DNA of 36,692 bases from Chitinophagales bacterium (GTDB taxonomy: Bacteria > Bacteroidota > Bacteroidia > Chitinophagales > BACL12): the NCBI GenBank assembly GCA_044448625.1, contig JBIOHA010000002.1, positions 1 to 36,692 of the forward strand, given 5' to 3'. Positions 25,375 through 33,852 of the stretch are shown here, piece after piece. Position numbers and translations under genes: made by a program. Under the pieces are notes generated by a model, which saw only the letters and a program-made list of their open reading frames with translations, had not been told where the DNA came from and did not search any database. Numbering within the stretch: the stretch's first letter is position 1; every line of letters begins with the position of its first letter.

Positions 25375-28300
25375 TTATCTCACCAGGTACATCTTTCCAT
25401 ATCCCGATTTAAAATAAGTATCCGTATTGGTATCATATTTTTCGAGGGCCTTGCCATTGAGTTTTGTAACCACGCGGTATAAATATAAACCGTTTGCAAG
25501 CTGATCGCCATATTTATCTGTACCATCCCAACTGAATTCAGTGATATTATTTCCAATATGCAATTCACCCAATTCACTCCGCATGATCTCGCGAATGATC
25601 TTTCCACTTACCGTCATGATCTGGATCTTAAAATAATCAGGGATCTCGCTGCCCGTTAATGTAAATACAAATCGGGTTTGTGTGGTAAATGGATTCGGAT
25701 AATTCATCACATTGGAGATCATGGCTTTGTTGATCACTTCAAATGAGATGCGGTAATCAAGTTCTCCTGCATTGTTTCCACTTACATCTTCACCATGGAT
25801 CTGTAAAACATAAATTCCATCTGCTTCAAATGTTGGATACATTTCCACTCGTGCATTGTTGATCTCCGCAAGGTCGGAAGTATCGGCAGGATAAAATTTT
25901 GTTGTATTGCCGTCGTAATAAAAATCATGCAGGCTGTTATCAGGATATTCAATTGTTATTCTTAATAATGAGGTATCTCCAAGTGCCAGGTATCTATTTT
26001 CGTCTTTCATCGATATCAAAATAAATGGCTTCGCACTTACGATGTCGCCATCGAAAATATGAACGCCATCGAATGTTACATCAAGCAACGGATTCCGAAC
26101 ATCAGGCGCATTATAAAATGGAATATAGGCAAGGTTATTAAAATGATATTGTTCAGGCTGATCGTTGTTTGGATTAACTTCAACAATTAATGTATTTTTT
26201 CCCGGTGGCATCACTTCCGGCTTTGTGCTAAACTGCAATGTAGAGATCATTGTTTGATCAGACAACAAAGAGTCCTGTCTTGTAAATGGAATTGGATGCA
26301 GGATATTATTTTGATCACGCACATTAAATTGAATGAGCAAACTATCCATATCGTAATCACTCACATTGGTGGTTGCAAAGGAGAGGTCGACCAATTGCCC
26401 CTGGTCAACACTGTCGCCCGAAAATGTATAATGCACATTCGGATTCAATGCAGCTTCAGGAACAGGAGTATAGATAACACGCCAATAATTATATTGAGCC
26501 GGAGTTCGCAGCGAATCATCTTTCGTATTTAATCTTAATTTGATATAAGGATATAATAGAGGGTCAATAAAAGCAATAGTAGTATCACCGCTTGTTAACC
26601 CCGATGATAAAACAGTTTCAACACCAGAAATACTTACGCCAATAATTTCAACATAATTTGTATCCATCAACGCATTATCATGTGCAAAATAGCTCCACTG
26701 GGCCTTATCCCAATATGTAGCCGGGCCGATTAATGTTGACTCCACCGTGCCTTCGTTCCAGTTTCCAATTACAACTACCGACAATTCAATTGTAGTTCCG
26801 ATTGAATCGCCAATTATTTCCACTTTGGTAGCAGGGTCACCTTTTTTGGCTGAAAATATATATGACCTGTCGTAATCATAAGTGGTGAGTGAAAGAATAT
26901 CCGTTGCGCCATATGCTGTAAAAGCATCATATAAATTATGACCATATATTGCAGTGTCATCCATCCATGCATAAAAATCAGGATATCCGTTGCTGTAACA
27001 AATAATATAATTGCTGTCGGGAATGGTATTCATCATGAACTGATATAATATTTCTCTGTTCGCAGGTGTATTGGTCCAAAACTGTATTATTTTTTCATAT
27101 GCATCGCCGCTGCAATAATAATCTCCATAGGGACCTGTATTGGTTGTTCCTATTTCATGGGTTGTCCACGGTTCACCCGAACTGGCATCAGCAACAAATA
27201 CAACAAAGCCCGTGCTTACACATGATGAAACAGCAACCAATTCACCGTCTAAATAACTTGTTACATCAAACCAATAGGTGCCGGGATATACACCGGTTGA
27301 AACATTATAAGTATTTACATCGGGAACAAATTCAAATATCCTTGTGGGTTGCAGTGCAATATTTTTATACTCATCTTCGAGATATTGAAAATAATGCGAT
27401 TGATTCCATCCTGTAATTTCACCCGGCAGGTATAAAAACGAACTTGATCGCCATAAAACATCTGTGCCGTCGGAAGTATCGGGAGTAATGCGCCAGTAAT
27501 ACACCAAATTATTTACCCAGATAACCGGTGGATTCATCCACTTTACAACACCACCTGATTGAAGCACATGCGTGGATTCGTGAAAAGGGGAATTAAAATT
27601 CATGGTGGTATCTATCTCAATGATATATTCTTTTTCATCCGCGAATACATAAGATGTTGAAGCTGCCAGGTATTCAGGAATATGATTCATAATGCTGAAT
27701 TCAACCGGATATATCGGAATTGCGTCATCAGAAATGATATAGGTATTGGTGCTGAGAATATTATTTAACTCATCGAGCTCTGTAATTCCATTTAATTTAT
27801 CAATATGAATATCAAAATCATTCAACCCAATTCCATTGAGCACATCCGTTGCAAATGGAATTCTCAAAGTATCCCTGAAATAGGTTGCATGAAATACCTG
27901 CAGAAATGTTTCTTCAATTCCTGTTGGCTTGGTTCTTTTTACTTCAACGAAATAGGAAGAGTCGATCGCCCTGCCCAGGTTGGTGACAATAATATTTAAA
28001 TAAAATGTATCCACGCCCGCAGAAATAATATCTGGTTCGAAATACACATATTGCGGTTCGATCGCATAATCGGGCAAATCGTGCGTATTGAGTTTAAGTG
28101 ATGGATCGCCCTGCAATGTGGTATGCTCAAGCGTAAGCTGATCATAAATATTTAGTGTGGGCCACATTGTATCGGATGTGGCTTTGATAACATCACCCAG
28201 GCCTTTATGATATTGCAACGAAGCCAATTCCTTATAAAACCATGTAGCATAGGTATGCAAACTTGAAGCAAGAGAAAAATTTGATGCTGCAATAAAAGCA

Positions 28301-30384
28301 ATTGCACCTTTGTTCTCTGAAAAAATATAGCGTTCACCCAATGTTATGCTCTCACCATGAATAGCTGATGTATTACAACCGTTTCCGTAAACAGTGAAAT
28401 ATTTCCCTTCATTGCTGAATTCTTCGGGTTCGCCAATATTGTAATCAAAACTACCTGTTGATGAATGGCCGAAAAAAGTGATCAGTGAAACGCCGTTATT
28501 CACCAATGAATCGATATATTCTGATTCGCTGTAAAAAATCGGATCGGTACTTAATTTATTAAATGGCGTTACATTGCCTCCATATAAAGTGTCTTCTATC
28601 GTATATGCATATTGGGTTAAAAAGCTATTGAAAAGCGATTGTTCATAAGGCGTTAAGCCTCCGGCAAAATGCAAAACATTTTTCATCCACGCTTTATTCT
28701 CTATAGTTTGCATATGATCGGCCTGTGCCGCTTCATATTCAATTACCTTGTCAAGATATGACTTGATATCATTTCCTGTTCTCGCCGAAATTCTACCGAT
28801 CGGAATTTCTGGAACCACAGATCCGGGTCTTGCAGAAAGTAAATTATCTGCACCGGGGTGGCCAAAAGTGGGCACAAGGTCGGCGGCATATTCAGGAGTT
28901 GCATAAGCACGGGTAACATCATAAGAATAAGATTTCCCTATTAAAAAAACATAATCTGGCCTTGACGCGAAATTGTCGGCAGCATATAATATAAAATTCC
29001 TGATGGCCAACGGATGTTTTTTCAATCCATAATAAAACTGATCATAAAGCTGATCTATATCAATCACTTTTGTATTGTGTAATCCCCCCTCCAATGAGTT
29101 TCTATAATTTTTATATTCATCTACCCAGTTTATTCCTGTGCCGTCATCAAATAGATCTTTGTGTGAAATCAGCAAAAAATTTCCCTGGTTTACAATTTCA
29201 CTATAATCAATAAAACTAACCGGTGTCATGGATGTAATATTTAATATATCCGATGGGTCCTGGCTCGACATAAAAAATTTATGATCATCAGTGGAATAGG
29301 GAATATGAAATTTGGAAATATCTGTTTCTACAATTGCAACAATCCTTTTATATGAATTGAGGTCATATAATATTGGTGACGTTGCTTTTTCATCAAAGTC
29401 GGTGAATTCTAGATAGGTTGTTGGATCTGCAGTGATTGGCAGGTCTAATTGAATTTTAGAAGCGTTGTCAAAATCAAATGTATGCGGATAGGTGATATCA
29501 GCAAAGGAATAGCGCTGATAGTCGGTAGAAAGTGGACCTGAAATAAAAGTGAGGAGATTATTATCTACAAGGTTCGTGATATCAAAATTATATCGCAGCA
29601 CTTTATAATTTGAAAATGTGCTGTCGACCAGGTTCAGGCCATTGAAGTCAATTACCACGTGGTGGCTCGAAAGATTTACACCCATTGCAGTTGTTTTCAA
29701 TGTTGGTGTAAATGATGGCCCTGTATAAATATTCGGAGTGCCGATAGAAATATTAAAAGTAGACAGACTGAATTTATAGCTTGCATAACCTTCACCATCT
29801 TCATATTTTGAACTCAGTACATCGAGATGTGGTGGCCCTCCATTAAAATACCCCGAGCCATACGGCGATCCATACACAACGAGTGAATGGTAAATATTGT
29901 ATGGTTGTGCAGCAGGTGCTCCGGCAAGGTCATTGGTGACATTAAAAATTCTGTTATTCGTAATTAAATTATTCCATGTTAAAAAATAGGTCGCTGTATC
30001 GGTTATTATGCTGGTGTAAGTATGCAATTGCCATTGGGCAGAATCAAACAACGGCGTATCAGTGCTGCCATCATTTTGTTCTCCAAAAAATTCAATGAAA
30101 TCGGCAGCATTAAAAACACCATCAGCTTCACCGCTGATATAAATATATTGTTCGGTCCCTTTGTTGAAGATCTGAAAATTGCGAGGGTCAATTGTTGCAA
30201 GCGAAACACCTATTCCGCTCAATGCATTATCTAATGTGGTATAGTCAATTCTGTAAATACCATCCTGTGAAACATTGAACTTAAGGTATTCCTGATCGTA
30301 ATTTATCCATTCGTTACCATATGGCTGACCGAATGAAAAGGTAAAAGAAATTATGCAACACAGTACAGGTAAAATTCTTTTCAT
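25375..30384 (-). CDS. Giant peptidase-C25 (gingipain/PorU-like) protein with T9SS type-A C-terminal domain
   Basis: 1669 aa with signal peptide MKRILPVLCCIISFTFSFGQ. Candidate C25 catalytic His and Cys lie in TFFGHSSTGSFDY and VYGNGCNTSAIHG. The C-terminus has T9SS CTD-like motifs (NYPNPFTTQTRFVFTL ... NGLYLYRV). Confidence 0.75.
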   Translation of the reverse strand: MKRILPVLCCIISFTFSFGQPYGNEWINYDQEYLKFNVSQDGIYRIDYTTLDNALSGIGVSLATIDPRNFQIFNKGTEQYIYISGEADGVFNAADFIEFFGEQNDGSTDTPLFDSAQWQLHTYTSIITDTATYFLTWNNLITNNRIFNVTNDLAGAPAAQPYNIYHSLVVYGSPYGSGYFNGGPPHLDVLSSKYEDGEGYASYKFSLSTFNISIGTPNIYTGPSFTPTLKTTAMGVNLSSHHVVIDFNGLNLVDSTFSNYKVLRYNFDITNLVDNNLLTFISGPLSTDYQRYSFADITYPHTFDFDNASKIQLDLPITADPTTYLEFTDFDEKATSPILYDLNSYKRIVAIVETDISKFHIPYSTDDHKFFMSSQDPSDILNITSMTPVSFIDYSEIVNQGNFLLISHKDLFDDGTGINWVDEYKNYRNSLEGGLHNTKVIDIDQLYDQFYYGLKKHPLAIRNFILYAADNFASRPDYVFLIGKSYSYDVTRAYATPEYAADLVPTFGHPGADNLLSARPGSVVPEIPIGRISARTGNDIKSYLDKVIEYEAAQADHMQTIENKAWMKNVLHFAGGLTPYEQSLFNSFLTQYAYTIEDTLYGGNVTPFNKLSTDPIFYSESEYIDSLVNNGVSLITFFGHSSTGSFDYNIGEPEEFSNEGKYFTVYGNGCNTSAIHGESITLGERYIFSENKGAIAFIAASNFSLASSLHTYATWFYKELASLQYHKGLGDVIKATSDTMWPTLNIYDQLTLEHTTLQGDPSLKLNTHDLPDYAIEPQYVYFEPDIISAGVDTFYLNIIVTNLGRAIDSSYFVEVKRTKPTGIEETFLQVFHATYFRDTLRIPFATDVLNGIGLNDFDIHIDKLNGITELDELNNILSTNTYIISDDAIPIYPVEFSIMNHIPEYLAASTSYVFADEKEYIIEIDTTMNFNSPFHESTHVLQSGGVVKWMNPPVIWVNNLVYYWRITPDTSDGTDVLWRSSSFLYLPGEITGWNQSHYFQYLEDEYKNIALQPTRIFEFVPDVNTYNVSTGVYPGTYWFDVTSYLDGELVAVSSCVSTGFVVFVADASSGEPWTTHEIGTTNTGPYGDYYCSGDAYEKIIQFWTNTPANREILYQFMMNTIPDSNYIICYSNGYPDFYAWMDDTAIYGHNLYDAFTAYGATDILSLTTYDYDRSYIFSAKKGDPATKVEIIGDSIGTTIELSVVVIGNWNEGTVESTLIGPATYWDKAQWSYFAHDNALMDTNYVEIIGVSISGVETVLSSGLTSGDTTIAFIDPLLYPYIKLRLNTKDDSLRTPAQYNYWRVIYTPVPEAALNPNVHYTFSGDSVDQGQLVDLSFATTNVSDYDMDSLLIQFNVRDQNNILHPIPFTRQDSLLSDQTMISTLQFSTKPEVMPPGKNTLIVEVNPNNDQPEQYHFNNLAYIPFYNAPDVRNPLLDVTFDGVHIFDGDIVSAKPFILISMKDENRYLALGDTSLLRITIEYPDNSLHDFYYDGNTTKFYPADTSDLAEINNARVEMYPTFEADGIYVLQIHGEDVSGNNAGELDYRISFEVINKAMISNVMNYPNPFTTQTRFVFTLTGSEIPDYFKIQIMTVSGKIIREIMRSELGELHIGNNITEFSWDGTDKYGDQLANGLYLYRVVTKLNGKALEKYDTNTDTYFKSGYGKMYLVR

Positions 30385-30415
30385 GCAAATTATTTAATTT
30401 TTACCATCGGTTTGT

Positions 30416-31519
30416 TTATTCAGTTACAGGAACCGGTTTTTCGCTTTTATTAATATCGAACATCAGACTAAATACGTGTGAATACAGTACTTCCGATTGT
30501 TTGCCAATATTTGTATAAGCATAATCCAATTGAACAGGTCCGATCAGAATTCCCAATCCTAAGTTTGGCTGCATTGTCCAGGCTTCTTCATAGAGATCGT
30601 CGGGAATATATCGCTGCACATTGCCTACACCGCCCCTCAGGAAAATGAATTTTTTATAATCGGCTTCAAGTCCAATATGCGGATCTACACTTAATGGATC
30701 TGCACTGATAAGCACATTTCTTCTCCCATCTGTAGTAATATCTGTATTTATCTCAGTTAACAGCCCGAAATTTTCTCCCAGTTTAAACTGGTATGCTGCA
30801 CCCAGGATCAGTTTGGGTGTAGTTATTTCCAGTGAATTCTCAGGAACTGCATTTCCTGTAGCCAGCAGCACATTCTTTTCTTCTTCGGTAAAAGAAAAAC
30901 TCCATGCATTAAAGGTGGATGTGATGTCGCGGAAGGTGGCGCCGAATTTCCAATTCTTGATATCCAGTTGTGCACCGCCATCAAGCCCAAAACCCCAGGC
31001 TGTGGCAAAACTGCCTGCATTGCGATGCACGATTTTTACATTTCCGCCAATGCGCAGTTCTTTCCATTTAAGCTTTGTAGCATAGCTGCCCAAAAATGCA
31101 TAGTCGGCAACAGAGAACGAAGTGATATTGTCGTAATTGATGCTGCCATCCGGTTCGATAAGGAACAAAGTATTTGGAATGTCGTCAACAGCAAAACGGA
31201 TAAGTGAAATGCCCACAGCAGCATTTTTTTCCCGCAGGGGAATTGCAATGGAACCGTACTCATACTTTGCTATCCCTGCAAAATATTCCGAATGCATGAT
31301 CCCCAGCTGAATATCAGGTTTAATTAAGGTAAGAGAAGCAGGGTTCCAGTAACCGCCGGTAACATCACTCACCGAAGCACAAACTGAATTGCTCATGCCA
31401 AGGGCACGGGAAGAAACACCAATTGACAGGAACTCATTGCTGTATTTGGGTGCAGAACTTTGTCCAAAGCCTTGCAACACGCTCAGCACGATTGCGATTG
31501 TTGGTGTAAAATACTTCAT
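30416..31519 (-). CDS. PorV/PorQ-family outer-membrane beta-barrel protein (PorV-like)
   Basis: The ORF track starts at 31585 and overlaps the upstream gene. The internal ATG at 31517-31519 gives MKYFTPTIAIVLSVLQGFGQ, which looks like a signal peptide. Family motifs are SSRALGMSNS and GGYWNPASL, followed by alternating beta-strand-like sequence to the C-terminus. Confidence 0.6.
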   Translation of the reverse strand: MKYFTPTIAIVLSVLQGFGQSSAPKYSNEFLSIGVSSRALGMSNSVCASVSDVTGGYWNPASLTLIKPDIQLGIMHSEYFAGIAKYEYGSIAIPLREKNAAVGISLIRFAVDDIPNTLFLIEPDGSINYDNITSFSVADYAFLGSYATKLKWKELRIGGNVKIVHRNAGSFATAWGFGLDGGAQLDIKNWKFGATFRDITSTFNAWSFSFTEEEKNVLLATGNAVPENSLEITTPKLILGAAYQFKLGENFGLLTEINTDITTDGRRNVLISADPLSVDPHIGLEADYKKFIFLRGGVGNVQRYIPDDLYEEAWTMQPNLGLGILIGPVQLDYAYTNIGKQSEVLYSHVFSLMFDINKSEKPVPVTE

Positions 31520-31526
31520 GGCAGAT

Positions 31527-32201
31527 CTAGGAATCTGTCGGAAATTTAGGGAATTTTTGGGGAAGAATGATATTTTCAATGTCATGAATTGTTAATGTGA
31601 ATTGGCTTTTATCCTCATTTTGAAAGGGTGGATTGCCAAGCCGTTGGTTAATGCTGTTAATAAGCTCACCTAAACGGCTGTCATCTGTATAATCGTATAC
31701 AAATTTTATCGTTCGGAAACGGTTAAAAAATTGCGCCGGTTTTGAGGGATCTGAAGCGCCTGTATTGTCGCGGATGAACTGGTTTATAAATGAAAGGTCC
31801 ACTTTATCCAAAAGGAAATACATCAAATCGCAACTCCATTTTTCCTGGATAAGTAATTTGCGGTCGAGCATGAGTTCAAGAAAAACATGGCTCACGGCAT
31901 AGAGCCGTTTATCAAAACATTTAAAATCCCGCTTTTTAATTTCAAGGGATATTTCTGCTGTATTTTTTTGAAAGAACTGAGATCCGTGAAAATATTCATC
32001 CACGGCATAATGCCTTTTAACTCCGTTTATTAAAGAATTAATTTGAGGTAACCTGCTATCCGCTAATTTATTGGGGTGCAACTTCACTAATTCGCCACTG
32101 CGCCCGCTGTAATTGGATAAAATATCCGGCAATATCACCCCTGCTGCAAAGTAAGGATCTTCACAAGGTGTTTCATTATAAAAATGCGATAAAAAATTCA
32201 C
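31527..32201 (-). CDS. ACP phosphodiesterase (AcpH)-like protein
   Basis: The ORF track begins at a TTG (32267). The GTG at 32199-32201 gives (M)NFLSHFY..., the characteristic AcpH-family N-terminus (compare E. coli MNFLAHLHL), followed by a His-rich motif (VKRHYAVDEYFH). The stop lies 7 nt before the PorV-like start. Confidence 0.5.
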   Translation of the reverse strand: MNFLSHFYNETPCEDPYFAAGVILPDILSNYSGRSGELVKLHPNKLADSRLPQINSLINGVKRHYAVDEYFHGSQFFQKNTAEISLEIKKRDFKCFDKRLYAVSHVFLELMLDRKLLIQEKWSCDLMYFLLDKVDLSFINQFIRDNTGASDPSKPAQFFNRFRTIKFVYDYTDDSRLGELINSINQRLGNPPFQNEDKSQFTLTIHDIENIILPQKFPKFPTDS

Positions 32202-32295
32202 GCCGTTATTTTGATTTTGTTCACGAGGAAAGATAGGGTACTTAGAGCAGTGGGCAAAAAATATCAAGCGTGAAAAAATTCGAAAAATTGATAGG

Positions 32296-32395
32296 GGTAG
32301 AAAAAGATTCGAAGGGAGAAGATTCGAAGAGTTGAAGGTTAAGGACCTAAGAATATAAGGGTAGAAGTCCTTCGAATCTTCAATTCTTCAAATCC
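32296..32395. repeat. Inverted CTTCGAAT-type array E (purine-rich arm, loop, pyrimidine-rich arm)
   Basis: The left arm is gattcgaagggagaagattcgaagagttgaagg (32306-32338). The right arm is ccttcgaatcttcaattcttcaaatcc (32369-32395). 12-bp perfect stems form in two registers: 32318-32329 with 32370-32381, and 32304-32315 with 32369-32380. gggtagaa occurs as a direct repeat at 32296 and 32359. Confidence 0.85.
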
Positions 32396-32427
32396 CTGCC
32401 AGCCGCAGGCGGGTTCGACTCTTTATT

Positions 32428-33648
32428 TTAATCTTTCATGCCATCAAACCATGCACGGGCAAAAATAAAACAAGGCTGTGCACAATCGGTATGATTGGAT
32501 GTTGATGATGGCTGATATAGTGAAGTGGATGTAGAACCGTTGGCAATAAAAAAATCCTGCGCATTTAATGCATTCTGATAATTCACTAATTCGTCGGCGG
32601 TGCAATAATACATGATCATTGGCATGTTAGGTTGCCATCCTGTAAGATCATTATCCTTTAAAGCAATTCTGAACGGGTTGGTTTCAATATTCAATAAAAA
32701 ATCATCCAGCACTTCAGGTTTAATAATAAGTTTAGGGACTGATGGCATTTCAAGATCTATTTCCCATCCGTCGTATGTTCCGTCGAACAACGGAGGTAGA
32801 ACGGTATCATATGGAGGAATTAAAAAGTCAGATGGTGAATCGTACATTTTATACACGTCGTTGTAAGCAAACATTAAATAAGGAAGATAAAAAGGAGCGC
32901 CATAAGGTTCATCACTCAAAACAAAATCCGTTTGTGCGCCGCTAATGTCGTAAGGTCCACTCATTGGAGCGCATGCGGTAACATCAAATTCATCTTTATG
33001 GTATAATTGAATTTCACGTGCCGTTGCCATCGCCGCATGCCCACCCTGTGAATATCCGAAAATAAATAGCTGGTCATTTAATAAAACATTTTTTTCTTCG
33101 CATAAAGTTTTTGTTGCACGCAAAAGATCAACGGTTGCTGTTGCTTCTGTTTTAGCATGGCAATATAAATGTCGTCCAGGCGAATCACCCATGCCGAGAT
33201 AATCAGGTAAACTCATTACATAACCTGCACAGGCATATGCAATACCTATTAAAATTTCACCGCTTTCGTAGGAAGGAACATCATATCTTTTCGTAACAGT
33301 ACCATGGTCATACACTGTTAACGGAAATGGCGTTGTGGTATTAACCGGAATTACAACGGCACCGGTGGCATAAGTTTCAATTCCAGCAGCATTAATTGTT
33401 TTATATGTTACACGATATATTTCAATCGGATAATCATTTGGGTAAGTGAGTAGTCCGGGATCATAGGCTGCCATGGCAGAATCAGATTGTTCAATGGTAT
33501 ATGCATGCAACAGTTCATAAGATATTATTTCCCCCCGGAAGCTGTCGTCGAATTCTGTTTGTAACAAATCGTGCCTGCACGATGAATAAAGTATGAGCAG
33601 CAAGGCAGAAAACAAAATAAATCGGGTGTTTGGCAACGGGTGGTGCAT
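32428..33648 (-). CDS. Alpha/beta-hydrolase (secretory-lipase-like) lipoprotein
   Basis: 406 aa with a lipobox (LLLILYSSC) and a nucleophile elbow GxSxG (FGYSQGGHAAM). Confidence 0.65.
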   Translation of the reverse strand: MHHPLPNTRFILFSALLLILYSSCRHDLLQTEFDDSFRGEIISYELLHAYTIEQSDSAMAAYDPGLLTYPNDYPIEIYRVTYKTINAAGIETYATGAVVIPVNTTTPFPLTVYDHGTVTKRYDVPSYESGEILIGIAYACAGYVMSLPDYLGMGDSPGRHLYCHAKTEATATVDLLRATKTLCEEKNVLLNDQLFIFGYSQGGHAAMATAREIQLYHKDEFDVTACAPMSGPYDISGAQTDFVLSDEPYGAPFYLPYLMFAYNDVYKMYDSPSDFLIPPYDTVLPPLFDGTYDGWEIDLEMPSVPKLIIKPEVLDDFLLNIETNPFRIALKDNDLTGWQPNMPMIMYYCTADELVNYQNALNAQDFFIANGSTSTSLYQPSSTSNHTDCAQPCFIFARAWFDGMKD

Positions 33649-33852
33649 GCACTATAATTTTATTGGTTAAAGGTAAAAGAATTAAAATACTTTGCACGAA
33701 TTGATTTACCGACTAAATTGCAGTTGAAACTCCCCTCACCCGACATGCTGACGTTCAGCGCCTTGTTAATCAGCCAAACTGTCCCCTTTTTTCTGCTTTA
33801 AAAAGGCCGTACGTTTTTTGACATTAATAAAAACAAATATTAAAAGGATATC

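Noticed and set aside
31520-31585. Longer start (31585) for the PorV-like ORF, and the TTG start (32267) for the AcpH-like ORF.
   Set aside because: The 31585 start would overlap the upstream gene by 59 nt and place 22 non-signal residues before an obvious signal peptide. The 32267 TTG adds 22 residues ahead of the family-typical (M)NFLSHFY N-terminus, which is encoded from the GTG at 32201.
32396-32427. tRNA-like T-loop sequence ggcgggttcgactc (32408-32421) just downstream of array E, which could suggest a tRNA gene or an att-site remnant.
   Set aside because: No complementary T-stem 3' strand (cccgc) follows the loop. There is no acceptor stem or anticodon arm on either strand, and no integrase is nearby. 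At most it is a chance or degenerate fragment.
33747-33759. Palindrome gctga-cgt-tcagc in the lipase/clpB divergent region, considered as a possible heat-shock operator. I also checked for CIRCE.
   Set aside because: The arms are only 5 bp, which is chance level. No CIRCE consensus (TTAGCACTC-N9-GAGTGCTAA) is present upstream of clpB.
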